Origin: Crocosphaera subtropica ATCC 51142
Lineage (GTDB): Bacteria > Cyanobacteriota > Cyanobacteriia > Cyanobacteriales > Microcystaceae
Length of the DNA: 32,000 bases
Assembly: GCF_000017845.1 (NCBI RefSeq)
Contig: NC_010546.1
Location: 4,170,001-4,202,000 of the forward strand
Reading direction: 5' to 3'
Positions within the stretch are counted from its first letter, which is position 1, and each line of letters starts with the position of its first letter. The notes under the pieces are model-generated. The model searched no databases and had not been told where the DNA came from. It was given only the letters and a program-made list of their open reading frames with translations. The translations under genes and the position numbers were made by a program. Positions 16,781-25,417 of this stretch are shown here, piece by piece.

Positions 16781-16790
16781 AGTATTCCCA
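16781..16790 (-). promoter_or_regulatory. TGGGAATACT motif upstream of GmrSD-2
   Basis: The minus strand reads AAATTGGGAATACTATCAG. There are 40 nt between the 10-mer and the ATG at 16740. Confidence 0.4.
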
Positions 16791-17084
16791 ATTTCGTGAA
16801 ACTTATTACCATGATTATTACTCACATCTTGCACCTTGGATTAAATTAGCTAGTTTAGGGAGGGAAGACTGGAACAAAAAAAGGGTTTATTTTGACTGTA
16901 TCTACTTAATACCAGTTCTCAGAAATAGCTAAAAAGATTGCTTCGGGGTATTTTCAGTAAAAGTCAAAGCTTACTGTTTACATTACCCCTCGCAATGACC
17001 ATTTAAGTATTTAATAACTTTCGAGAATTTCTCAACTCAAATAGATACAATAAATAAACGAGTGTTCAATATGATAGATAAATT

Positions 17085-18023
17085 GTGGAGATTACCTTTT
17101 TAGGAACCAGTTCCGGAGTGCCAACACGATCGCGTAATGTGTCGAGTGTCGCCTTAAGATTACCTCAACGGGCCGAAGTTTGGTTATTTGACTGTGGAGA
17201 AGGAACCCAACACCAACTATTACGCAGTGACGTGAAAATATCCCAAATTACGCGCATTTTTGTCACCCATATGCACGGCGATCACATTTATGGGTTGACG
17301 GGGTTATTGGCCAGTTGTGGGTTAGCAGGAAGTGGCCAACCCATTGAAATTTATGGTCCCCCAGAATTAAAAGACTATCTAAAAGCTTGCGCTAAATACT
17401 CCCATTTCAAGCTACCTCATCATATTCGCTTTCATCCCATTCACCCGGGTATCCTCTACGAAGATGCTGAGTTTAGTGTCAGTTGCAACCTGTTGAAACA
17501 TCGTATTCCAGCTTATGGTTATCGTATCGCAGAAAGCGATCGCCCCGGACGCTTTAATGTGGAAAAAGCCAAGTCCCTAGGTATTCCCCCCGGCCCAGTT
17601 TATGGGGAACTTAAACAAGGGAAAACTGTTACCTTACCCGATGGCCGTAATATTCGCGGACAAGACTTGTGTGGAGAGAGAGAAACAGGCCGAAAAGTCA
17701 TTTATTGTACAGATACGGTATTTTGTGAAGGAGCGATCGCATTATCAGAAGATGCAGATGTATTAATTCATGAGGCCACCTTTGCCCATCAAGATGCACA
17801 ATTGGCTTTTGATCGTCTTCATTCTACCTCAACAATGGCTGCACAAGTGGCGTTAGCAGCCCAAGTTAAACAACTCATCATGACCCATTTTAGCCCCCGT
17901 TATGCCCCAGGAAATGCCCTACAGTTGGATGATTTATTACAAGAAGCAAGGGCAATTTTTCCTAATACCATTTTAGCCCGTGACTTCATGACCTATGAAG
18001 TCCCTAGAAGATCCTCAGATTAA
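17085..18023 (+). CDS. rnz: Ribonuclease Z (tRNA 3' endonuclease)
   Basis: Shows the metallo-beta-lactamase motif HMHGDHIYG and the N-terminus ITFLGTSSGVPTRSRNVSS. The 312-aa length fits. It uses a GTG start at 17085. Confidence 0.9.
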   Translation: MEITFLGTSSGVPTRSRNVSSVALRLPQRAEVWLFDCGEGTQHQLLRSDVKISQITRIFVTHMHGDHIYGLTGLLASCGLAGSGQPIEIYGPPELKDYLKACAKYSHFKLPHHIRFHPIHPGILYEDAEFSVSCNLLKHRIPAYGYRIAESDRPGRFNVEKAKSLGIPPGPVYGELKQGKTVTLPDGRNIRGQDLCGERETGRKVIYCTDTVFCEGAIALSEDADVLIHEATFAHQDAQLAFDRLHSTSTMAAQVALAAQVKQLIMTHFSPRYAPGNALQLDDLLQEARAIFPNTILARDFMTYEVPRRSSD

Positions 18024-18048
18024 TCATATTGTTGTTACCAAAAGGAGT

Positions 18049-18357
18049 TTAACAATGAATCAGATAACTAGAGAAAAAGTTTACGAAACAGAATTGCTGA
18101 AAAAAGAATGATTTTACAATTTTCACTTGTTGATTTTCACTATCAATCTCGTAAACAAGACGATGTTGAAGATTAATTCTTCGTGAATACATATCTTTCA
18201 AATCCCCTGTTAGTTTTTCATAAGGTGGAGGATTTTGATAGGGGTTAACCTTAAGAATATCAAGTAACTGATCTACTTTACTTTTTAACCCTGCACGATT
18301 AACTTTTTTAGCATCTTTTAACGCTCTTTTTGTTAACGCAATTTTCCACATTACCAT
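18049..18357 (-). CDS. yoeB: Txe/YoeB-family type II toxin with an atypical C-terminus
   Basis: The translation MWKIALTKRALKDAKK...NPYQNPPPYEKLTGDLKDMYSRRINLQHRLVYEI matches the YoeB/Txe core. The expected terminal ...W.HY(E) is replaced by KSFFFQQFCFVNFFSSYLIHC. The start overlaps the antitoxin stop (ATGGTAATG). Confidence 0.7.
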   Translation of the reverse strand: MVMWKIALTKRALKDAKKVNRAGLKSKVDQLLDILKVNPYQNPPPYEKLTGDLKDMYSRRINLQHRLVYEIDSENQQVKIVKSFFFQQFCFVNFFSSYLIHC

Positions 18358-18602
18358 TCCACTTCGTCAAGAGGAGTGCAGTCTTCCCAAGGAGTATTTT
18401 TTCCTTTTATCAAATCGTCTTTTACCCCAGGAATGGATAATAGGTAAAGGGTTTCCTGTAAAGATTTCCACTCATCCAAAGAAATTAATACAGCTTGTTT
18501 ATGATTTTCAACGGTGATTAAGGTAGCTTCATGAGATATGTTAACCTGGTCAATTAGTGAAGAAAGGAGAGCATTAGCTTCTTCAATATTAATATTATTC
18601 AT
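18351..18602 (-). CDS. yefM: Phd/YefM-family type II antitoxin
   Basis: An 83-aa protein with LSSLIDQVNISHEATLIT..NHKQAVLISLDEWKSLQETLYLLS, typical of YefM. It lies immediately upstream of the toxin gene and overlaps it. Confidence 0.8.
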   Translation of the reverse strand: MNNINIEEANALLSSLIDQVNISHEATLITVENHKQAVLISLDEWKSLQETLYLLSIPGVKDDLIKGKNTPWEDCTPLDEVEW

Positions 18603-18659
18603 ATTAGATGATTTTATCTATCTAAATTCCCTATTTTATCATCATAACATGGTTAAATA

Positions 18660-19130
18660 ATGATTAAACCTTCAAACTTGCTTATCCTCCCAAATTTTGA
18701 GGCAACCAAAGCCCTTGGAAAGAAATTAGGTCAAAATTTACCTAAAGGGTCTGTTTTGTTGCTTAAAGGGGACTTAGGGGCGGGGAAAACCACCTTAGTA
18801 CAGGGTATAGGAGAAGGTTTAGGCATTCACGATCCCATTGTCAGTCCTACCTTTACTCTAATCAACGAGTACCAGGAGGGACGCTTACCCCTGTATCATC
18901 TAGACTTATATCGCCTCGAACCCGACGCAGTCAGCGAACTATATTTAGAACAATATTGGGAAGAAGGGGAAAGATTACCCGGTATTACCGCCATTGAATG
19001 GCCTGAAAAATTGTCCTATCTTCCTTTAAATTATTTAGAGATTCAATTATCTTATATTGAGGGGACAGGCCGTCAAGTTATTTTGCAACCTGTTGGTGAC
19101 GTTTCTCTTGATTTAAGTCACATTGGTTAA
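18660..19130 (+). CDS. tsaE: tRNA t6A37 threonylcarbamoyl-adenosine biosynthesis protein TsaE (YjeE ATPase)
   Basis: Shows the P-loop GDLGAGKTTLVQGI plus SPTFTLINEY, HLDLYRL and IEWPE. Confidence 0.9.
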   Translation: MIKPSNLLILPNFEATKALGKKLGQNLPKGSVLLLKGDLGAGKTTLVQGIGEGLGIHDPIVSPTFTLINEYQEGRLPLYHLDLYRLEPDAVSELYLEQYWEEGERLPGITAIEWPEKLSYLPLNYLEIQLSYIEGTGRQVILQPVGDVSLDLSHIG

Positions 19131-19156
19131 TCCCCTTTCTCAACTCAATTTTTATT

Positions 19157-19867
19157 ATGTTGTTTCAGAAAGATAAATTAAAACTCAAGATTATTTACGT
19201 TGTAATAACGTTGGCGATAGGTTGTATCATCCCCGAAACTGTTTACAGTCAAACGGCTGATTCTAGTTCTGAAAATTCCCTAGATTTACCCCCCGAAGTT
19301 ATTAATAATAGTCCTGTTTTACAAAAATGGATCAAAGAGGTTCCTAACGTTTTAGAAGATATTAATCATGACCCTAGTTTTCGCACTAGAGTAGGCATCG
19401 GATATGCGGAATTTCCGTCTACTGAACACGACGGAGGACTTACTATTTCTGTAGATGATATTTTTATTGGTCGAACGGGTTTAACTATTAGTGGAGACTA
19501 TGAAACGTCTTTCGGAGAAAGGGATGCAGGAGGAGTGAATTTACAATATTATCTATTACCTTTAGGCTATTATATTAATGTCGCTCCAGTCGTGGGTTAT
19601 CGGGCTATTAGTACCAATAATTACTCAGAAGATGGGGTTAATATTGGCGGAAAAATCATCTTTCCTTTATCCCGTTCTGGGGCTGCTGATTTATCAGTTT
19701 CTCATACTTTTATTTCCCCTGGGGATGATGACGAAGTTGGCATTACTAATGTATCTTTTGGCTATGCGATTACGAAACAAATTCGCCTTGCTACTGAAAT
19801 AGAGAAACAAAATTCACGGGTTAAAAAAGATAGTCAATTTAGTTTGATGTTGGAATGGATGCCTTAG
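19157..19867 (+). CDS. Hypothetical secreted protein, possibly a small beta-barrel outer-membrane protein
   Basis: The N-terminal hydrophobic signal-like segment is LKIIYVVITLAIGCIIPETVYSQ. The C-terminal half has alternating hydrophobic/polar residues with Gly/Tyr-rich strands. No family was recognised. Confidence 0.5.
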   Translation: MLFQKDKLKLKIIYVVITLAIGCIIPETVYSQTADSSSENSLDLPPEVINNSPVLQKWIKEVPNVLEDINHDPSFRTRVGIGYAEFPSTEHDGGLTISVDDIFIGRTGLTISGDYETSFGERDAGGVNLQYYLLPLGYYINVAPVVGYRAISTNNYSEDGVNIGGKIIFPLSRSGAADLSVSHTFISPGDDDEVGITNVSFGYAITKQIRLATEIEKQNSRVKKDSQFSLMLEWMP

Positions 19868-19875
19868 TTTAAAAC

Positions 19876-20667
19876 ATGAATAAAATCAAAGTTTATGGGA
19901 AAGTTTTAAAATTATTTTGGGCAACAGCGATCGCAGCCGAATTAGAATATCGTTTGAATTTTTTAATCGCTGTGTTTAGTAGTTTAACTAACCTAACTGG
20001 CAGTATCTTCACCTTATTTTTATTTTATCAAACCAATTATACATTTCCGGGATGGAGTTGGGACGAATCTTTAATTGTTTTAGGAATGTTTACCCTCTTA
20101 CAAGGAATTTCTGCTACATTATTAGTGCCTAATTTGAATCGCATTGTCGAACAAGTGCAACAAGGAACCCTCGATTTTATTCTTCTCAAACCTATCAGTA
20201 GTCAATATTGGTTATCCCTCAGAAGTCTCTCCCCTTGGGGCTTTTCTGATATTATTTTTGGTTTAATGATTATAATTTATGCTAGTTATCAAATAAACTT
20301 GAATCTAGCTAACTGTTTCTTAAGTTTAATAACAGTTGGATTTGCTATTATTAGTTTATATAGTATTTGGTTTATGTTAGGAGCTACAAGTATTTGGTTT
20401 GTGAAAATATATAATGTCACTGAAGTATTAAGAGGGTTATTAGAAGCAGGAAGATATCCTATTTCAGCCTATCCTGCTGCCTATCGAATTTTCTTCACTT
20501 TTGTGGTTCCAGTCACTTTTCTAACCACAGTTCCTGCAGAAACATTGATCGGTAAAAATCAAGAAATTTGGTTATTATTTTCAGCCTTACTCGCTATCTT
20601 TCTTTTGATTCTCTCCCATTGTTTTTGGCAATTTGCTTTACGGTTTTATACCAGTGCCTCTAGTTAA
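19876..20667 (+). CDS. ABC-2 type transporter permease (DUF990-like)
   Basis: A 263-aa protein with about 6 transmembrane segments. The N-terminus AAELEYRLNF and the segment LLEAGRYPISAYP are reminiscent of the ABC-2/DUF990 permease family. Confidence 0.65.
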   Translation: MNKIKVYGKVLKLFWATAIAAELEYRLNFLIAVFSSLTNLTGSIFTLFLFYQTNYTFPGWSWDESLIVLGMFTLLQGISATLLVPNLNRIVEQVQQGTLDFILLKPISSQYWLSLRSLSPWGFSDIIFGLMIIIYASYQINLNLANCFLSLITVGFAIISLYSIWFMLGATSIWFVKIYNVTEVLRGLLEAGRYPISAYPAAYRIFFTFVVPVTFLTTVPAETLIGKNQEIWLLFSALLAIFLLILSHCFWQFALRFYTSASS

Positions 20668-20709
20668 GTTAAACTCGATTAATGTGAGGGGTTTTGTCAT
20701 TATTTAATC

Positions 20710-21489
20710 ATGCACCATAATCCAGTTTTTATCAAAAATTTGAGTTATCGTTATCCTGATGGAACCATGGCCTTGAAAGATATTAATATATCGATTAAAG
20801 CCAATGATAAAGTGGCCTTAATTGGGGCTAATGGATCAGGAAAATCTACCCTACAGTTCCATTTAAACGGTATTTTTTTACCCCAAACGGGAGAAATAAC
20901 CATAGGAGAATGGAAAATTAAAGATGAAAATTTAGCCGATATTCGTAACTTTGTCGGCTTAGTGTTTCAAAACCCCGATAATCAATTATTTATGCCGACG
21001 GTTTGGGAAGATATAGCCTTTGGTCCCATGAATAGAGGGATGAAAGGAAACGAGTTAAAATTAAGGGTATTAGAAGCGATGGAAGCGGTAAATATTGACC
21101 CTGAAATCTATGGTTCCCGTAACCCTGATAACCTATCAGGAGGAGAAAAAAAACGAGTCGCCATCGCTGGTGTTTTGGCTATGCAACCCCAAGTCTTAGT
21201 ATTAGATGAACCTTCGGCCCAACTTGATCCCCGTTCCCGTCGTCAACTGATTCATTTACTCGATCAATTACCCTTAACCCTCATCATAGCAACCCACGAT
21301 CTTGATCTCGCTTGGGAACTATGCGATCGAACAATTATATTAAGTCAAGGACAAGTGGTTTATGACGGAAAAACTGATAAAATTATGAGTGATTATGCTT
21401 TTTTGGAACAACACTCCTTAGAAGCCCCCTTAAGCTTTAGTCGTCCTTATTGTAATCTAGAAGATAAACCTGAGTTATCCTTATTGTAG
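20710..21489 (+). CDS. ABC transporter ATP-binding protein (CbiO/EcfA-like)
   Basis: Shows Walker A GANGSGKST, the Q-loop, signature LSGGEKKRVAIA, Walker B VLVLDEPS and the H-loop ATHD. Confidence 0.85.
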   Translation: MHHNPVFIKNLSYRYPDGTMALKDINISIKANDKVALIGANGSGKSTLQFHLNGIFLPQTGEITIGEWKIKDENLADIRNFVGLVFQNPDNQLFMPTVWEDIAFGPMNRGMKGNELKLRVLEAMEAVNIDPEIYGSRNPDNLSGGEKKRVAIAGVLAMQPQVLVLDEPSAQLDPRSRRQLIHLLDQLPLTLIIATHDLDLAWELCDRTIILSQGQVVYDGKTDKIMSDYAFLEQHSLEAPLSFSRPYCNLEDKPELSLL

Positions 21490-21547
21490 GGTAGATAAAA
21501 TTAAACGATATTTTTTTTAGCAATTGCCCCTTATCAAGTATTAGTGA

Positions 21548-21937
21548 ATGAAACCAACCTTTCAAAATGCAGCAGACTGGGACAAAGCAGAAATATTGAT
21601 GCAACCTACGTTTATTCGTGTTATGGATAACCTTCGGAAACAATTAGAAAAATCAAGTTTAGTTGCCACTTACGAAGAAATCCAAGAACCCTTACCAGGA
21701 TATCAATTAATCTTAACCCAGGAAAATAATTCCGTAACGATAAGCATTTGGGATATTTGTTTTAAAGTTTGTTTTACGGATTATGAATTGTTGTCAAACG
21801 AATCATCTCCAGATAGTATCATGGTAGAAATTGATGAAAATCTTTTCCACGAAAAAGGAGTGATTAATTGGGACAGTCTAGAAGAAAAAACACAAAAAAC
21901 AATACAAAATATTATTGATAATTTTCCTAATATTTAA
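21548..21937 (+). CDS. Hypothetical protein (129 aa, no recognised motif)
   Basis: An uninterrupted ORF with coding-like composition, sitting between two well-supported genes on the same strand. Confidence 0.55.
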   Translation: MKPTFQNAADWDKAEILMQPTFIRVMDNLRKQLEKSSLVATYEEIQEPLPGYQLILTQENNSVTISIWDICFKVCFTDYELLSNESSPDSIMVEIDENLFHEKGVINWDSLEEKTQKTIQNIIDNFPNI

Positions 21938-21950
21938 AAATCAAGAAATC

Positions 21951-23021
21951 ATGCTAAAAGACTTAAGAAATTCACAAAAAAAATCAGGTGCAAAACTACT
22001 AGAAAATGATAACATTATCGAAAGTTTTAATAACGATAGTCAAGGGTTTAAAAGTGCTTATGATGATGTTGTTATCTGCGATCGCAGTCATTGGGGACTT
22101 TTACAATTAACAGGAGAAGATCGCTTACGGTTTCTTCATAATCAAACCACTAATGATATTAATCGTCTCCAATGTGGACAACTATGTGATACAGTTTTCG
22201 TCAATTCTACTGGTAGAACCCTCGACTTAGTCACTACTTATGTGACAGAAGATAGCATTTTACTCTTAGTGTCTCCTAACCGTCGTCGCTTTCTTTATGA
22301 GTGGATGGATCGCTATATTTTCCCAATGGATAAGGTAGAAATAAGGGACATTTCCGAGCAAAATGCCATTTTTACTATCATCGGAAAAGAGGCAGCCAAA
22401 AAGTTAAATCAATGGGATATTGCTGCTCAAATTCTATCTGAATTATCTCCTAGAAAATACGGTTTACTAACAGTAGAAGAAAAGAATATTATGATCGGAT
22501 ATGATACAGGTTTAAACCTTTCTGGATACACATTAATCGTCCCTGAAAACTTAGCTAAAACCGTTTGGGAAACAGTAATTAATTTGGGTATAATTCCTAT
22601 CGGCGATCGGGTCTGGCAACAATTAAGAATTAAACAAGGACGGCCTTATCCTGATCAAGAATTAACAGAAGATTATAACCCTTTAGAAGCCGGTTTATGG
22701 TCAAGCATTTCCTTTGATAAAGGGTGTTACATTGGACAAGAAACCATTGCTAGATTAAACACTTATCAAGGGGTTAAACAGCGTCTATGGGGTGTGAAAT
22801 TAACTCAACCCGTCAAAGCAGGAAATACGGTTATGGTAGATGATAAAAAAGTTGGTATTTTAACCAGTTCTATTCAACTAGAAGAGGAATGTCTTGGGTT
22901 AGCTTATGTCAAAACAAAAGCAGGAGGAGAGGGACTAAAAGTTACTATAGGAGATGCAAAAGGACAATTAATTTCTGTCCCATTTTTAAGTCATGAATAC
23001 TATAAACCAGAGTCAAAATAA
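21951..23021 (+). CDS. ygfZ: YgfZ/CAF17-type folate-binding Fe-S cluster assembly/repair protein (GcvT fold)
   Basis: The signature KGCYIGQETIARL is present, along with the GcvT-like N-terminal half (HWGLLQLTGEDRLRFLHNQTTNDI). I prefer the ATG at 21951. The track start at 21915 overlaps the preceding gene. Confidence 0.8.
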   Translation: MLKDLRNSQKKSGAKLLENDNIIESFNNDSQGFKSAYDDVVICDRSHWGLLQLTGEDRLRFLHNQTTNDINRLQCGQLCDTVFVNSTGRTLDLVTTYVTEDSILLLVSPNRRRFLYEWMDRYIFPMDKVEIRDISEQNAIFTIIGKEAAKKLNQWDIAAQILSELSPRKYGLLTVEEKNIMIGYDTGLNLSGYTLIVPENLAKTVWETVINLGIIPIGDRVWQQLRIKQGRPYPDQELTEDYNPLEAGLWSSISFDKGCYIGQETIARLNTYQGVKQRLWGVKLTQPVKAGNTVMVDDKKVGILTSSIQLEEECLGLAYVKTKAGGEGLKVTIGDAKGQLISVPFLSHEYYKPESK

Positions 23022-23258
23022 AAAGCAGTATGTCTTAAGAGACGATATCGTGTAACTAGATTGCTTTCTATGATGAATGAATCAGACTACAAAACTTACC
23101 CTCTGATCATTCCCTAGGAAACCTTTGAAAGTAACATCATACAGTCAACAGACTTATCTAGGGTATAACAAGCTGTGATCTTGCATAAAATGTGAAAACT
23201 GTGTAACTTTCTGTTAATATCTTAGAGAAAGGTTAAGAAACGTTACAAATTTATATAA

Positions 23259-24236
23259 ATGAAATTATTAATCGTCGGTGCAACAGGGACACTAGGGCGA
23301 CAAATAGCCCGTCGTGCCATAGATGAGGGACACGAAGTCCGTTGTTTAGTCAGAAATGCTAGAAAAGCGGCCTTTTTAAAAGAATGGGGCGCAGAATTAA
23401 AAATAGGGGACATCTGTAAACCTGAAACCTTACCCCCTATCTTAGAAGGGATGGACGCAGTCATTGACGCAGCAGCAGCGAGGGCAACGGATAGCCTCTC
23501 CATGAAAGAAATAGACTGGAATGGTAAAGTAAACTTAATTCAAGAGACTCAAAAAGCAGGTATTGATCGTTATATTTTCTTTTCTATTCTTAATGCTGAG
23601 AAATACCCTGACGTACCGTTAATGAATATTAAACACTGTACCGAAAAATTCTTAGAAGAATCAGGGTTAAATTATACCATACTACGACCTTGTGGCTTTA
23701 TGCAGGGTTTAATCGGTCAATACGCTGTTCCTATCCTAGATAACCAAGCGGTTTGGATCACAGGAGAAAGCACTCCTATTGCTTATATGGACACCCAAGA
23801 CGTTGCTAAATTAACCATTCGTGCGTTAGAAGTCCCCGAAACCCAACAACAAACCTATCCGATGGTGGGAACAAAAGCTTGGACAGCCGAAGAAATTATC
23901 GCATTATGTGAGAGACTCTCGGATAAGAAGGTCAAAATTGCCCGTGTGCCTTTAGGACTGCTAAGATTTTTACGTCGCTTTACTCGTTTCTTCCAATGGA
24001 CGTATAATATTTCTGACCGCCTAGCGTTTGCTGAAGTTTTGGCCAGTGGCAAACCTTTGAATGCCTCAATGGATGAAGTTTACAAAACCCTAGGGGTTGA
24101 TGCCAAAGAAACGACGACTTTAGAATCTTATTTTCAAGAGTATTTCAGTCGTATTCTTAAAAAGCTCAAAGAAATCGATTACGAAAAGAGCAAATCGAAG
24201 AAGAAAAAGAAAACCCCTTTTAAATCTTCTGTGTAA
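23259..24236 (+). CDS. ycf39: Ycf39-like atypical SDR / NmrA-like NAD(P)-binding protein
   Basis: Shows MKLLIVGATGTLGRQIARRAIDEGHEVRCLVRN and overall similarity to the cyanobacterial/plastid Ycf39 family. It ends in a Lys-rich tail (KSKSKKKKKTPF). Confidence 0.75.
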   Translation: MKLLIVGATGTLGRQIARRAIDEGHEVRCLVRNARKAAFLKEWGAELKIGDICKPETLPPILEGMDAVIDAAAARATDSLSMKEIDWNGKVNLIQETQKAGIDRYIFFSILNAEKYPDVPLMNIKHCTEKFLEESGLNYTILRPCGFMQGLIGQYAVPILDNQAVWITGESTPIAYMDTQDVAKLTIRALEVPETQQQTYPMVGTKAWTAEEIIALCERLSDKKVKIARVPLGLLRFLRRFTRFFQWTYNISDRLAFAEVLASGKPLNASMDEVYKTLGVDAKETTTLESYFQEYFSRILKKLKEIDYEKSKSKKKKKTPFKSSV

Positions 24237-24263
24237 GTTAAAGCTGATCCAGGATAATTTGTT

Positions 24264-25181
24264 GTGCCAAAAGTCGGCATTATTTTTAACGATCTCAAAC
24301 CCGTCGCTTGTAAAGCTGCCAAAGATTTACAAAACCAGTTGACGGAAAAAGGCTGGACTGTTGTTTTAGAGACTGGCCGAGGGGGACTCCTTGGCTATTC
24401 TCACCCCGAAAGTCCTGTCTGTCATACTGCTATCGATCACTTAATTCCCCCTAATTTTGACCAAGATATGGCATTTGCCATTGTCTTAGGGGGCGATGGT
24501 ACGGTATTGTCTGCTTATCGACAGTTAGCCCCTTGTGGTATTCCTTTATTAACGGTTAATACGGGACACATGGGCTTTTTGACAGAAATTTATCTGAATC
24601 AGTTATCAGAAGTCTTAGACCAAGTATTAACCCAAGACTACGAGATAGAAGAACGTACCATGTTAACGGTACAGCTATATCGTGAAAAGACTTTGCTCTG
24701 GGAAGCGTTATCCCTTAATGAAATGGTCATCCATCGAGAACCTTTGACCAGTATGTGTCATTTTGAGATAAAAATCGGTAGACACGCATCGGTTGATATT
24801 GCTGCTGATGGCTTGATTTTGTCTACGCCTACGGGGTCAACCGCCTATTCTTTGAGTGCAGGGGGTCCAGTGGTCACTCCTGATGTCCCTGTGTTACAAT
24901 TAGCTCCCATTTGTCCCCATTCCTTGGCTTCTCGTTCTTTGGTGTTTTCCGATAAAGAAGCCGTCAGTATTTTTCCTGCAACCCCTAACCGCATGGTATT
25001 GGTTGTAGACGGAAATGGCGGATGTTATGTGTTACCAGAAGATAGAATTCATGTAGAAAAATCCAGTTATACTGCTCGTTTTATTCGCTTAGAAGAGCCT
25101 GAATTTTTCCGAATTTTACGAGAGAAGTTGGGGTGGGGACTCCCTCATATTGCTAAACCAACCTCTGTGGAGTTACCCTAA
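24264..25181 (+). CDS. nadK: NAD+ kinase
   Basis: Shows [19 protein letters not shown] and [16 protein letters not shown]. It uses a GTG start at 24264. Confidence 0.9.
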   Translation: MPKVGIIFNDLKPVACKAAKDLQNQLTEKGWTVVLETGRGGLLGYSHPESPVCHTAIDHLIPPNFDQDMAFAIVLGGDGTVLSAYRQLAPCGIPLLTVNTGHMGFLTEIYLNQLSEVLDQVLTQDYEIEERTMLTVQLYREKTLLWEALSLNEMVIHREPLTSMCHFEIKIGRHASVDIAADGLILSTPTGSTAYSLSAGGPVVTPDVPVLQLAPICPHSLASRSLVFSDKEAVSIFPATPNRMVLVVDGNGGCYVLPEDRIHVEKSSYTARFIRLEEPEFFRILREKLGWGLPHIAKPTSVELP

Positions 25182-25204
25182 AGTTGAGAAGCTCTATCCT
25201 CTTT

Positions 25205-25350
25205 AACCTGAGTTCGACGGAAGAGAATCTATGGAAAACTGACAACTAACAAGGAGTCTCAAACCCTGATTTCCCCGTTAAAAAAATTCTAACTCCGTTG
25301 CGTAGCACGATGTAGTCGCACTCCGAACTCCTAATACCGAACTCACGTTA
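25205..25350. repeat. MITE-like intergenic segment bounded by imperfect inverted copies of the AACCTGAGTTCG motif
   Basis: The left end is AACCTGAGTTCG (25205-25216). The reverse complement of the right end (25339-25350) is AACGTGAGTTCG, an 11/12 match. The related internal half-sites AACTCCG (25291-25297) and ACTCCGAACTCC (25320-25331) resemble AACTCCGAACTCAGG at 738-752. Confidence 0.3.
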
Positions 25351-25417
25351 TCTTTAACCCTTCCTTTTGTTCATTAGGGATAGTTATGATGATGACAGTT
25401 GTAACCATCCCCATACC

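Noticed and set aside
16891-16968. Nested inverted repeats (TTTGACT/AGTCAAA and AATACC/GGTATT) in the 344-nt GmrSD-2/rnz intergenic region. I considered a small RNA or riboswitch.
   Set aside because: The stems are only 6-7 bp with long loops, which is expected by chance in AT-rich DNA. I recognise no riboswitch consensus.
18625-18633. AGGGAATTT on the minus strand upstream of yefM, and TGGGAATATT at 3621-3630, as possible further copies of the TGGGAATACT motif.
   Set aside because: The first shares only the GGGAAT hexamer. The second overlaps the antiporter start codon (ATG GGA ATA TTT) and is explained by coding sequence. Neither is counted as a motif copy.
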